A DNA stretch of 64,000 nt from a virus: positions 1 to 64,000 of IMG/VR virus record IMGVR_UViG_3300033512_000345; one strand, given 5' to 3'. Below, piece by piece: positions 55,331 through 62,920 of this stretch (positions are counted from its first letter, which is position 1; the number at the start of each line of letters is the position of its first letter). Made by a program: the position numbers and the translations under genes. The notes under the pieces were generated by a model. It had not been told where the DNA came from. It worked only from the letters and a program-made list of their open reading frames with translations, and did not search any database.

Positions 55331-55352
55331 GGCAGAGGACAAATCCTCTGCC
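55331..55352 (-). terminator. terminator-like hairpin in the tmk leader
   Basis: GGCAGAGGA-UUUG-UCCUCUGCC followed by UUUUCUGUUGC, about 25 nt upstream of the tmk RBS. Confidence 0.55.
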
Positions 55353-55401
55353 CAGTCTGGGGCTCTGACCGGACCGCTGTCGGTCCGGGTATGGTAAATT
55401 T

Positions 55402-55410
55402 ATTATAGCA
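55402..55410 (-). promoter_or_regulatory. candidate extended -10 element TGCTATAAT
   Basis: Lies 14 nt downstream of the 55424 stop and upstream of two leader hairpins. Confidence 0.35.
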
Positions 55411-55423
55411 GATAGATTTTTAG

Positions 55424-55792
55424 TTAATCAAGATGAACATATGTAGAAATGAAGTTCTCAATTTCAAAACAATCTTTCTGCTGACTAAGTGTCATTTCAT
55501 CAATATGACTGTTTATCCATCGTTTTTGACTTGTCGTTAGATGAGAATGTGAACTGTAGAAACAAGAAACGAAAGCTCGTTTTGCACCAAAGACAGAAGT
55601 GCCAAATTTGAGATATCCCATATATTCAAGTAGAGCCTCACCTTCAAGAGGGAGTAAGTAATAGTCATTTGTAATCATGGGGAGTTTTTTGTCATACATA
55701 ATTTGATCTGCAGTAAAACAATGTTTTCCGTAACCGCATGGAGTAAATTCTGCAGTCGGAGATAACCATCCTGAAAGAAAAGGCAGACTCAT
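55424..55792 (-). CDS. hypothetical protein
   Basis: 122 aa. Weak RBS. Confidence 0.6.
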   Translation of the reverse strand: MSLPFLSGWLSPTAEFTPCGYGKHCFTADQIMYDKKLPMITNDYYLLPLEGEALLEYMGYLKFGTSVFGAKRAFVSCFYSSHSHLTTSQKRWINSHIDEMTLSQQKDCFEIENFISTYVHLD

Positions 55793-55817
55793 TGTTGGTC
55801 ACGCTTCTTTCTCTAGG

Positions 55818-56558
55818 TCAAACATTCTGATGAATTATAAGATTGGTCAATTCGTTGAATCTTCTGTAAGAGTCTTCGATAACCTGAGCTGCTCCGCTCC
55901 CTTTCCCGTAAATGAGTTCCAACTCTTCCAAGGACAATGGAATCGTTGCCCAAGACATCGTCAGGTTATTGGATAGAGCTTGATGAAGTTTCATGACGGC
56001 AGTCTGGTCAAAAGCAAATTCATCCGCCCATCCAAGGATGTCTCCATAGGTTGCAAATTGATAATCCGGAAAGAGTCCTTTGTTCAGAAATAATTCGGCA
56101 GTAGGAGGAAGTCGAACAGGTCCGATGGCCTTCATAATTTCAGCCTGTCTTTTGTCTGCCAGAGCCAAAAGCTCCAGCATTCGGGGTAAATTGTTCGGGT
56201 CTCCGGTTACTTGTAAATGTCTTTCCCGAATGACGTCCTTCTGAAACTGAACCTGGATGCCCTTGAGATAAATCAGTTTAGAAATCAAGGTGCCAACTGG
56301 ATGAAGGTAAGCTCCTTCAAAGCTTGGTTTGTGTCCTTCGTCCTTGAACCAGTCTAAAATAGCTTTGTGCTGATAACTTCCAAGATGAGCGTCCACAGAA
56401 ATATGCAAAACCTGTGACTTTCCTGTACGATAACGAGCCCATGTGAAATGGTCAAGCATGTCATGGTCTTCCGCCCATCTCATGAATCCGCGGAATTGAT
56501 CATCTGAAATGAAAGTGATCAGGATGTCGGGTTCTCCGTCCAGATCAAAAAGAATCAT
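55818..56558 (-). CDS. hypothetical protein
   Basis: 246 aa. ATGA overlap with the upstream gene. Confidence 0.7.
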   Translation of the reverse strand: MILFDLDGEPDILITFISDDQFRGFMRWAEDHDMLDHFTWARYRTGKSQVLHISVDAHLGSYQHKAILDWFKDEGHKPSFEGAYLHPVGTLISKLIYLKGIQVQFQKDVIRERHLQVTGDPNNLPRMLELLALADKRQAEIMKAIGPVRLPPTAELFLNKGLFPDYQFATYGDILGWADEFAFDQTAVMKLHQALSNNLTMSWATIPLSLEELELIYGKGSGAAQVIEDSYRRFNELTNLIIHQNV

Positions 56559-56863
56559 TCCGGTTTCTCTCCTTCCAATGGTAAATCAAGACTTAGACCG
56601 GTCAAATCTCTCTTGAATGACCTGGAAGGAGTTCGAGTCGGTTCATGTTTCTTGATCCAGGCCTGAAGAAATTCTGAATAGTCTTTGGCCAACAAATAGG
56701 TGAAGACAGCAATGACAGCCAAGAAAGCGTCATGGGTACTGATGGCACGAACAAGGACAATCCCTACGCAAGCCATAGCAAAGATCATGAAAAAATAAAG
56801 CAATAGCAGTTCCTTAAGGAACCTTTTGTTTCTGGTCTCAGTGAGTCGTTTACCTTTGGTCAT
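56555..56863 (-). CDS. membrane protein
   Basis: Start trimmed to ATG at 56863 (AGGAGGA). Two TM helices. Confidence 0.6.
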   Translation of the reverse strand: MTKGKRLTETRNKRFLKELLLLYFFMIFAMACVGIVLVRAISTHDAFLAVIAVFTYLLAKDYSEFLQAWIKKHEPTRTPSRSFKRDLTGLSLDLPLEGEKPE

Positions 56864-57380
56864 ATTGATTTCCTCCTGTAAAATATTCGATGGGGACAAT
56901 GACATTGAGTATATCCAAAGACTTAAGTTCTTCAGTGACCTTAGTCAAGGCTTCAAACAGAACCTGAACAGATATCCTCGGATCTTTCATGATGTCTTCA
57001 ACAGAAGACGAGGCGTCTTTTCGAAGCTTTCGAATAGAGCATTCGAGATCTTCTTTCTTGTTTTGAAGATGATGAAATTTCTCCTGAATCTTTTCAAAAG
57101 AAACAAGATGATACGGAGGCAGTTGAGATAACACCAGCCAAACACCGTTCTCGTCTGCATGATAAGACTGAACTCCGGTACAACCTTCAAATACACTGAT
57201 AGACTTGTTAAGCAGGGTTAATTTCTCCTCATTGTCGAGCGTAGTTCCATCAACTACCAGCCTGAAATCCCAGTAGTCTTGGTTCTCGGTTTCAAATTTT
57301 GAAAACCTCGGTAAAGCATGCTCAGCAAGAAATTGATCAAATTCAGACCATTCAAAATAAAGACATCGATGTTTATTCAT
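56850..57380 (-). CDS. hypothetical protein
   Basis: 176 aa. Confidence 0.7.
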   Translation of the reverse strand: MNKHRCLYFEWSEFDQFLAEHALPRFSKFETENQDYWDFRLVVDGTTLDNEEKLTLLNKSISVFEGCTGVQSYHADENGVWLVLSQLPPYHLVSFEKIQEKFHHLQNKKEDLECSIRKLRKDASSSVEDIMKDPRISVQVLFEALTKVTEELKSLDILNVIVPIEYFTGGNQYDQR

Positions 57381-57564
57381 CAGGAATTTCCTCTCTTTCT
57401 TCGAATCCCGGACACCAATCAGGGATTCCGGAAATACGTCGTCGCATCAAACGATCGGCTTTCAGGCACATATTCATATAAGACATCCATACTTGACGAT
57501 TAGGCCTGAATTGTGGAGCCTGATGAAATTTGCAACGAAGACATGTCCAATTGTTCATGGACAT
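57373..57564 (-). CDS. small Cys-containing protein downstream of a radical SAM gene
   Basis: 63 aa with CLRC...C...C. RBS AGGAGAG. Confidence 0.55.
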   Translation of the reverse strand: MSMNNWTCLRCKFHQAPQFRPNRQVWMSYMNMCLKADRLMRRRISGIPDWCPGFEEREEIPDE

Positions 57565-57568
57565 AAAA

Positions 57569-58321
57569 TCACTCTCCTACAAGACGACGGACAGAAACTG
57601 GTTGGAAATCATATAAGCCACAAGCGTTGCATTTCATGTTCAAGATATTCTGTCTTATCTGATCCTCGGTATCATGGACGGAACCGATACTGTAACATGA
57701 AGGGGTTTCTCCCAATCGAATCGTTCCGTCAGGTTGGATTGTAGGGACACAGGACTTTCCAAAGCCCTGCAGCACATCCATGGCTTCAGCCAAGGACATG
57801 TTGTGATTCCGGATTAAATTACGAAGATTTCCACAGAAAGGCCCCCTTGGGGCGATAGGCCCATGATTGGCCGGAGCCCGGCCGGCAGGGAACAGGTTTC
57901 CAGGAATATTGTCAAAGTATTCGATATTATGATGCTGAGGATCTGGAATTGAAATCGGATAGTACTTCGGGTCGTTGACAATTTGCCACAGATAAGGAAG
58001 AATGCCATATTCATTCTCCCAATTGGGAGATTGTGTGAACATTCCATTGGAAATGACCATCAATCTTTTCTCCACAGGAATCCAAGGTCTGGCATTCATA
58101 CTGTTGGAGAGAACATATTGAATTTGATTCATGAACTCAAAGAACTGCGGATGATCTGTTGGTTCCCCTCCAGAGATCAATATCACAAGAGGCTGCCATT
58201 CCACGATCTTGGCCAAAGCCTGATTCAGGACAGCGAAAGACATATGCTTGCCATTGGGAGTGGCGTCTATCATACAGTGACTGCAGTTCATGTGACAGGA
58301 ATGGGTAATGCACAAAATCAT
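57569..58321 (-). CDS. radical SAM enzyme (second copy, divergent)
   Basis: CHMNCSHC at residues 9-16 and ISGGEPT. C-terminal Cys residues (CGNL...C...C..C) could bind an auxiliary cluster. Confidence 0.88.
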   Translation of the reverse strand: MILCITHSCHMNCSHCMIDATPNGKHMSFAVLNQALAKIVEWQPLVILISGGEPTDHPQFFEFMNQIQYVLSNSMNARPWIPVEKRLMVISNGMFTQSPNWENEYGILPYLWQIVNDPKYYPISIPDPQHHNIEYFDNIPGNLFPAGRAPANHGPIAPRGPFCGNLRNLIRNHNMSLAEAMDVLQGFGKSCVPTIQPDGTIRLGETPSCYSIGSVHDTEDQIRQNILNMKCNACGLYDFQPVSVRRLVGE

Positions 58322-58336
58322 GGAGACCTCCTTTCT

Positions 58337-58510
58337 TTAATTGATGAGGGGACGTCCACAGAATGGACAATACTTGATGTCGAATCGGGTTTCTTCCCAA
58401 GAGGTCACAGCATCGTAAAGAACCAGCCACATGCCTTCGATGCCAATTTGGGCGTCGTCGGACTCCACGAGTTCTCCGGTCAAACAGGCACAAGGCTTTA
58501 CATCCGGCAT
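58337..58510 (-). CDS. unlisted 57-aa zinc-ribbon-like ORF
   Basis: ATG at 58510 after AAAGGAG. MPDVKPCAC...YCPFCGRPLIN. Below the track's size cut-off. Confidence 0.5.
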   Translation of the reverse strand: MPDVKPCACLTGELVESDDAQIGIEGMWLVLYDAVTSWEETRFDIKYCPFCGRPLIN

Positions 58511-58522
58511 AAGAAACTCCTT

Positions 58523-58867
58523 TCAATGAAACGTGTAGTATTTGTTGCACTTCTCGCACCAGCGGCATGTATGAATAGAACCATCATCATGTGTGACGGT
58601 TTGCTCTTGCATTTGATGTCCACAGAGACAATGGTGCTTTGATTTGACAATAAGCTCTTTGGCATCTGTCCGAACTTTTGTGACAGAGAAAGAGAAGCCT
58701 AACCAAAACATCCCTTTAGTTTGATTGGAATCCCATAAGTAAGGGATCCAATCGAAACGGGAGTATCTCATGAAGGCATAAATGTAATTGCCAATCTTTC
58801 CTTGAATGAGAGGCTGTCCATTGGTTAGGATTTTTCGAATCCACAGTTTTGAATGAAGTACTATCAT
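58523..58867 (-). CDS. hypothetical protein with a C-terminal Cys/His cluster
   Basis: 114 aa with HHCLCGH...CRWCEKC. Confidence 0.6.
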   Translation of the reverse strand: MIVLHSKLWIRKILTNGQPLIQGKIGNYIYAFMRYSRFDWIPYLWDSNQTKGMFWLGFSFSVTKVRTDAKELIVKSKHHCLCGHQMQEQTVTHDDGSIHTCRWCEKCNKYYTFH

Positions 58868-59277
58868 GTGGTTTCCTGCCTATCCTTGTTGGCGAAGAAC
58901 TCGTCAAGTTCGTACATCAGAGTCTCTCCGTTGTCTCCGTCTCCCCCCGTCTTCCAACAAAAGTAATCGCTGCAGAACTTAAAATCATATGCCGACAAGA
59001 AGTCCATGATTTCAAGGCTGCGAACGTCATGTTCTTCGCCTTGTTCCCATCGAGTATTTACATCGATGATTTCACGAACAGGAACAGGAAGAAAGGGATC
59101 CGCCCCCAGGAGTTTCATTTTATATGCATAGAGAGAATTCAAACGGGCCAAGGCAAACTGATAAACTACACGGACTTGCTCTTGGGTTTTTACTGATGAA
59201 AGTATCTCAATTTCACCTAGGAGAACTTTTGTGACGGATTCTTGTTCTGTCTTGTTGTGAACAGCGATGGTTAACAT
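58864..59277 (-). CDS. hypothetical protein
   Basis: Start trimmed to ATG at 59277 (AAAGGAG). The upstream part of the track ORF overlaps 59288..59584 out of frame. Confidence 0.6.
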   Translation of the reverse strand: MLTIAVHNKTEQESVTKVLLGEIEILSSVKTQEQVRVVYQFALARLNSLYAYKMKLLGADPFLPVPVREIIDVNTRWEQGEEHDVRSLEIMDFLSAYDFKFCSDYFCWKTGGDGDNGETLMYELDEFFANKDRQETT

Positions 59278-59287
59278 ATAGCTCCTT

Positions 59288-59584
59288 TCATAACTTGTGG
59301 ATGACGTCCCGGATGATTCTTTCCCGATGAAGAGGATCGCTTGTGAATTGATCCCATACGACAGCCTTGTCGCTAGGCTGGATCTCTCCGGTAATGTCAT
59401 AATGACGACGGCCAATCTTGACATAAAAGTGATCCATGATGTTGTCATAAATGATAATAGCCTCTGGGAACCTTGCCGTGAGCATGACGGCAAAGTAAAA
59501 ACAATATCCTTCTGTAAAGACAGAAACCAAGTCCTTGCTCTGCTTTCTGAAATCTCCGATGAATTTGAGAATAGTCTTGTGCAA
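59288..59584 (-). CDS. hypothetical protein
   Basis: TTG start 8 nt after AGGAGG. 98 aa. Confidence 0.6.
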   Translation of the reverse strand: MHKTILKFIGDFRKQSKDLVSVFTEGYCFYFAVMLTARFPEAIIIYDNIMDHFYVKIGRRHYDITGEIQPSDKAVVWDQFTSDPLHRERIIRDVIHKL

Positions 59585-59602
59585 CAGACAGTCCTCCTTT
59601 CC

Positions 59603-59797
59603 TTAGAGAGATTCTTCCCGATTTGGCTCGGGACACCATAGTGGTAATCTATCACAGAATTTTCCCCACCAGATGAACTTTCCTTTGTTTTTGAACTTCA
59701 GGCTTTTGCAGAACATGGCAGAAGCGACTTTTTGTTTCTTGTTCAGTTTTGTTCCAATATAGAACCGGTAGCATTTATGACAGTTTTTCTTTTGCAT
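59603..59797 (-). CDS. small basic Cys-rich protein
   Basis: Start trimmed to ATG at 59797. CHKC...C...C...C. Confidence 0.45.
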   Translation of the reverse strand: MQKKNCHKCYRFYIGTKLNKKQKVASAMFCKSLKFKNKGKFIWWGKFCDRLPLWCPEPNREESL

Positions 59798-59844
59798 CAG
59801 GTAACCACCCTTGGATAAAGGCTTAGGCTTTGTTGAGCCTAAAC

Positions 59845-59883
59845 AAAAGATAGGAATAGCCTTTTGGGCCATTCCTATCTTTT
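59845..59883 (-). terminator. strong hairpin terminator, U-tracts on both strands
   Basis: 17-bp stem with one mismatch (AAAAGATAGGAATAGCC / GGCCATTCCTATCTTTT). Confidence 0.75.
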
Positions 59884-59903
59884 GTTGAAACAGATAGATT
59901 CTT

Positions 59904-60659
59904 TTAGTTCAAGAACAAAGAATTGGAATCGGATTCATTTTCATCAGATTCGGCCGGCGATGTTTGCACGTCCGTTTCCGGAGGTTCAGAATCTTCTTGA
60001 GGATCCAGTGTCCGAAGCCCAAGTTTGTTTTCAATTTCCTGAGCAGAAATCTGAAGTTCTTCAGCAGCAATGGAAATATTCCTGTTCCAAGACAAGTAGT
60101 CGATGAAACTGGCAGGGAACTGGTCATAACAAACAGCAGGAACATCGGAGTTCTTTGGCGTCTTGACAACACGAACGATAAAATCATTGGAAAGATTGAA
60201 TGCCGTATGAATGAGCTTGGCATGATCTTCTTCTTTTCCTTGGAACATACGGGAAATCTGACGGGACATCGTTCTTCCAAGGGCCAGAATGGGATGACGG
60301 AAATCCAGCTCCATCGTCTGATGGTCAATCATGGATTCAAGGACGTTGACAACGGAAGCAACAAACTGTTGACGAGGATTCCCGGCGGGCAGACAGTTTC
60401 CTGAAGAGTCTCTCTCCGGAATAGCTTCGTCGTCCACAAGAATCAGGTTACCTTCAGAGTCTGTCTTCATTTTGACTTCGTCAGGGCTGTATTTACGAAG
60501 CTCTTCGGTATTCTTGAATACTTCAAGAATTTGATCCATCAGTAAAATCAATGGGTCAACAAGAGCCGCGTCTTGTTGCTGAAGCTCTTCAACACGGAGC
60601 TTGAGAGGGTCTTCTTCCTTGGGCTTTTGGAACTTAGAAAAGTCTACGACCTGATCCAT
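59904..60659 (-). CDS. hypothetical acidic protein
   Basis: Start trimmed to ATG at 60659 (AAAGGAGGAA). Confidence 0.65.
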   Translation of the reverse strand: MDQVVDFSKFQKPKEEDPLKLRVEELQQQDAALVDPLILLMDQILEVFKNTEELRKYSPDEVKMKTDSEGNLILVDDEAIPERDSSGNCLPAGNPRQQFVASVVNVLESMIDHQTMELDFRHPILALGRTMSRQISRMFQGKEEDHAKLIHTAFNLSNDFIVRVVKTPKNSDVPAVCYDQFPASFIDYLSWNRNISIAAEELQISAQEIENKLGLRTLDPQEDSEPPETDVQTSPAESDENESDSNSLFLN

Positions 60660-60811
60660 AACTTCCTCCTTTGATGAAGAAGCACTGGGCTTCTGTAATT
60701 TGGTTCCCCTGTGGCATCGAACCACAATCGGATAGGTCGGATCTGCTCGCAACAGACTCATTCCAGCCCATACAATGTCGGCCGAGACGGGGACCTTCAT
60801 CAAGAAAATTA

Positions 60812-60848
60812 TAGCAGAACCGGTGTTATAAAACAACCGGTTCTGCTA
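60812..60848 (-). terminator. 12-bp hairpin terminator after the second SSB gene
   Basis: UAGCAGAACCGG-loop-CCGGUUCUGCUA followed by UAAUUUUCUU. Confidence 0.7.
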
Positions 60849-60889
60849 CATCTTGTTACAGTTTGGAACGCTTGATGATTTGGATTCCT

Positions 60890-61537
60890 TTAGAAAGGAG
60901 CCTCTTCGTCGTTGGTGATGTTGCCCGGTTCAGCCATATAGCCATTGTCGTCGAAGGCAGTTTGAACATTGGCCACGGCAACAGAAGCAACAGTTCCAAC
61001 AGAGGAAGCAACGGGAGTGATCTTGACCTGTTCAGTTCCGGTAACTTTGGTAGGGCTGGCAGTGGTTGGCTTGGGGTCAAGAAAGTTGACGTTGGTCACC
61101 ACGAAAATCATGGCATCTTCGGTGATTGACTTGGTGAAAGTGATCGTGTAGTCTTTGCCTTCGATCTGGACTTCCTTTTCGTATTCAAGATCACGGTTCT
61201 TTGTGAAGGTTTCGATATGTCCTTCCAAAGCGAGGTGACGGCTGATGTCCTTGCCGGAAGTGTCCACGAACTTGCAGTTGTTTGCGATGACATCTGCCAG
61301 ATCACCAGTGGCCTTGCAGAGGATGAAATCAGAAGGATATTCACGTTCCGGCTTGCCATCCTTCATGATGACATTGCCTGCAGCATCCTTCTTGTTGACG
61401 AGATAATCGCGACGAGTTGCGACACGAAACAGAATGGACTTGCGGTTGTAGTCTTCTCCTGTGGCATTGTTCTTGCCGGTCATGTTCTGAATGTCATAAA
61501 CCTTAACAGTACGAGCGTTCATATGAGATCTAAGCAT
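60890..61537 (-). CDS. divergent second SSB-like OB-fold protein
   Basis: Start trimmed to ATG at 61537 (AAGGAG). DFILCKATGDLADVIANN, LALEGHIETF and IFVVTNVNFLD parallel the SSB motifs DFI.C..W...AE.V, V.GRL and V.A..V.FL. Linker, then the tip NDEEAPF. Confidence 0.6.
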   Translation of the reverse strand: MLRSHMNARTVKVYDIQNMTGKNNATGEDYNRKSILFRVATRRDYLVNKKDAAGNVIMKDGKPEREYPSDFILCKATGDLADVIANNCKFVDTSGKDISRHLALEGHIETFTKNRDLEYEKEVQIEGKDYTITFTKSITEDAMIFVVTNVNFLDPKPTTASPTKVTGTEQVKITPVASSVGTVASVAVANVQTAFDDNGYMAEPGNITNDEEAPF

Positions 61538-61630
61538 GGCGATTCTCCTTGTCTGCTCCATTGGGGAGCGAAAGGGACTTCTTCCCGGTATCCGGGAGTC
61601 CCAGGTCCTCAATTGGCCTGATAAGGCCTC

Positions 61631-62020
61631 TTAGAGGTTTCCTTTGCCGAGGGTGATTGTTCGAACAGCATCGCATCCGAATGTTGTAACAGTATGGGTT
61701 GCTCCTTTGACAAGACTGGCGGCCAGGTCAACTGTGTTGCAGACCAGGTTGTCAACCATTGTGAAAGCACGCACGCCTGTGTCGGAGACGCTTCCCAGCA
61801 TTCCGTTGGTGAGGTCTTTCATGACTTCCCCTACAGGTTTGCCGATACGGAGAGCCAATCCTTCTGCTGTCTTTTGGAAAGCGGCCGTCTTGGTGAACTC
61901 CTCAATTGTCATCCGAGGTTCATTTTCGGAAACCGTATCCTCTTCGATATGAATGATGCGAGCATTCTCATCAAAAGAGGGAACAGGTCCTTTTGGAGTA
62001 ACTGTGATTTTTTCGCTCAT
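61631..62020 (-). CDS. hypothetical protein
   Basis: 129 aa. RBS AAAGGAGGAA. Confidence 0.7.
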   Translation of the reverse strand: MSEKITVTPKGPVPSFDENARIIHIEEDTVSENEPRMTIEEFTKTAAFQKTAEGLALRIGKPVGEVMKDLTNGMLGSVSDTGVRAFTMVDNLVCNTVDLAASLVKGATHTVTTFGCDAVRTITLGKGNL

Positions 62021-62050
62021 GGGGTTCCTCCTTTCTCAAGTGGTGTTATT

Positions 62051-62431
62051 TTATGAAACGTCCATCTCCTCTCCCCCGATAGGGGGAAAGGAATGCTGGT
62101 TGGGGAAATAAGTTTTCCAACCCATGGGTTTGACCTGATAGAGAAAACCAAGCTGGTCAAGGACAAGATCCCCCACCATCATAGACCGTTGAGAATGACC
62201 TTTGAATAAGAGTCCCCAACTGTCATAGAGATTTTGATGAGCATGAAAAATTTCATCCAGATTTATGTCGTCATCAAACTGCCAAAGACCTGTATAATCA
62301 TTTGGGTCAGGAGAAAGAATTTCATCCTTTTCAAACAAGCTCAGATTTCTTGGGCTTTCATTTTCAAAGCCTGCCTTGAAGAAATCGATGAGCTTGGTCA
62401 AATTGGTCAGGTAATAGATTTTGTAAACCAT
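62051..62431 (-). CDS. hypothetical protein, possibly YodL-like
   Basis: ATG at 62431. HSQRSMMVGDLVLDQLGFLYQVKPMGWK resembles the S.SVSDVV....YYVD..GF core I recall for YodL-like domains. Confidence 0.5.
   Translation of the reverse strand: MVYKIYYLTNLTKLIDFFKAGFENESPRNLSLFEKDEILSPDPNDYTGLWQFDDDINLDEIFHAHQNLYDSWGLLFKGHSQRSMMVGDLVLDQLGFLYQVKPMGWKTYFPNQHSFPPIGGEEMDVS
62073..62086 (-). repeat. CCCCCGATAGGGGG hairpin element at the 3' end of a CDS
   Basis: Identical 14-mer to 49305..49318. It encodes PPIGG. The flank CATCTCC is shared with the 62907 copy. Confidence 0.7.
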
Positions 62432-62492
62432 ACGCTCTTCTTTCGGTATCCGTAGATACAAACTGTGTACTTTTTTCAAAACAATGCTACAA

Positions 62493-62511
62493 AAGGGGGT
62501 CTACCCCCCTT
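62493..62511 (-). terminator. short G:C hairpin with a U-run
   Basis: AAGGGGG-GUAGA-CCCCCUU then UUGUAGC. It closes the non-coding stretch upstream of the 62431 gene. Confidence 0.45.
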
Positions 62512-62822
62512 CTATGTGTAAGTGTAAGGTACACGACAGGCGACGGCTCAGCAAGACAAAAACCGACGACCCCAAACCTTGGTCGCCTCATCTGCTCAAA
62601 CTGGTCTCGATTGCACCATCGAGGTCTATGAATCGGAATCATGTAACGGCTCACGACGGTATACATAGCATTATGTATACTTGTCTTCAAGCTTTTGCCA
62701 AGTCTTGTTCTTCTGGAATTTTGGAACAAGACCTCGAAAAAGCTGGCCGGATTTCTCCAGCCTGGAATGAAAATCAACGGAGAGCCAGGATTTTTGCCAT
62801 GTCGTGTTGGAAGCCAAAAAAA

Positions 62823-62852
62823 GGGGAGCCGGTCCGCTAGGACCGGCTCCCC
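62823..62852 (-). terminator. strong rho-independent terminator
   Basis: GGGGAGCCGGUCC-UAGC-GGACCGGCUCCCC (13 bp) followed by UUUUUUU. Confidence 0.8.
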
Positions 62853-62906
62853 TAAGGCTTGGACACGAAAAGAGCAGAGATGGGTCGCAAGGACGCCATC
62901 TCCACA

Positions 62907-62920
62907 CCCCCGACAGGGGG
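62907..62920 (-). repeat. variant hairpin element CCCCCGACAGGGGG immediately after a stop codon
   Basis: It begins 1 nt after the TGA of 62922..64000 and is followed by UGUGGAG-AUG. Confidence 0.65.

Noticed and set aside
60680-60800. tRNA-like pieces on the minus strand: a T-arm (UGUGG-UUCGAUG-CCACA), an anticodon-arm-like hairpin (GUCUG-UUGCGAG-CAGAU, which would be anticodon GCG), and a D-arm-like CAUU...AAUG.
   Set aside because: I could not build an acceptor stem. The 7 nt after the T-arm (GGGGAAC) have no properly placed complement. A GGUCCCC start would give a 95-nt molecule with a 9-nt insertion before the D-arm, and the variable region would be 14 nt for a non-class-II anticodon. 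It is probably chance or a decayed fragment, but tRNAscan-SE or Infernal should be run.
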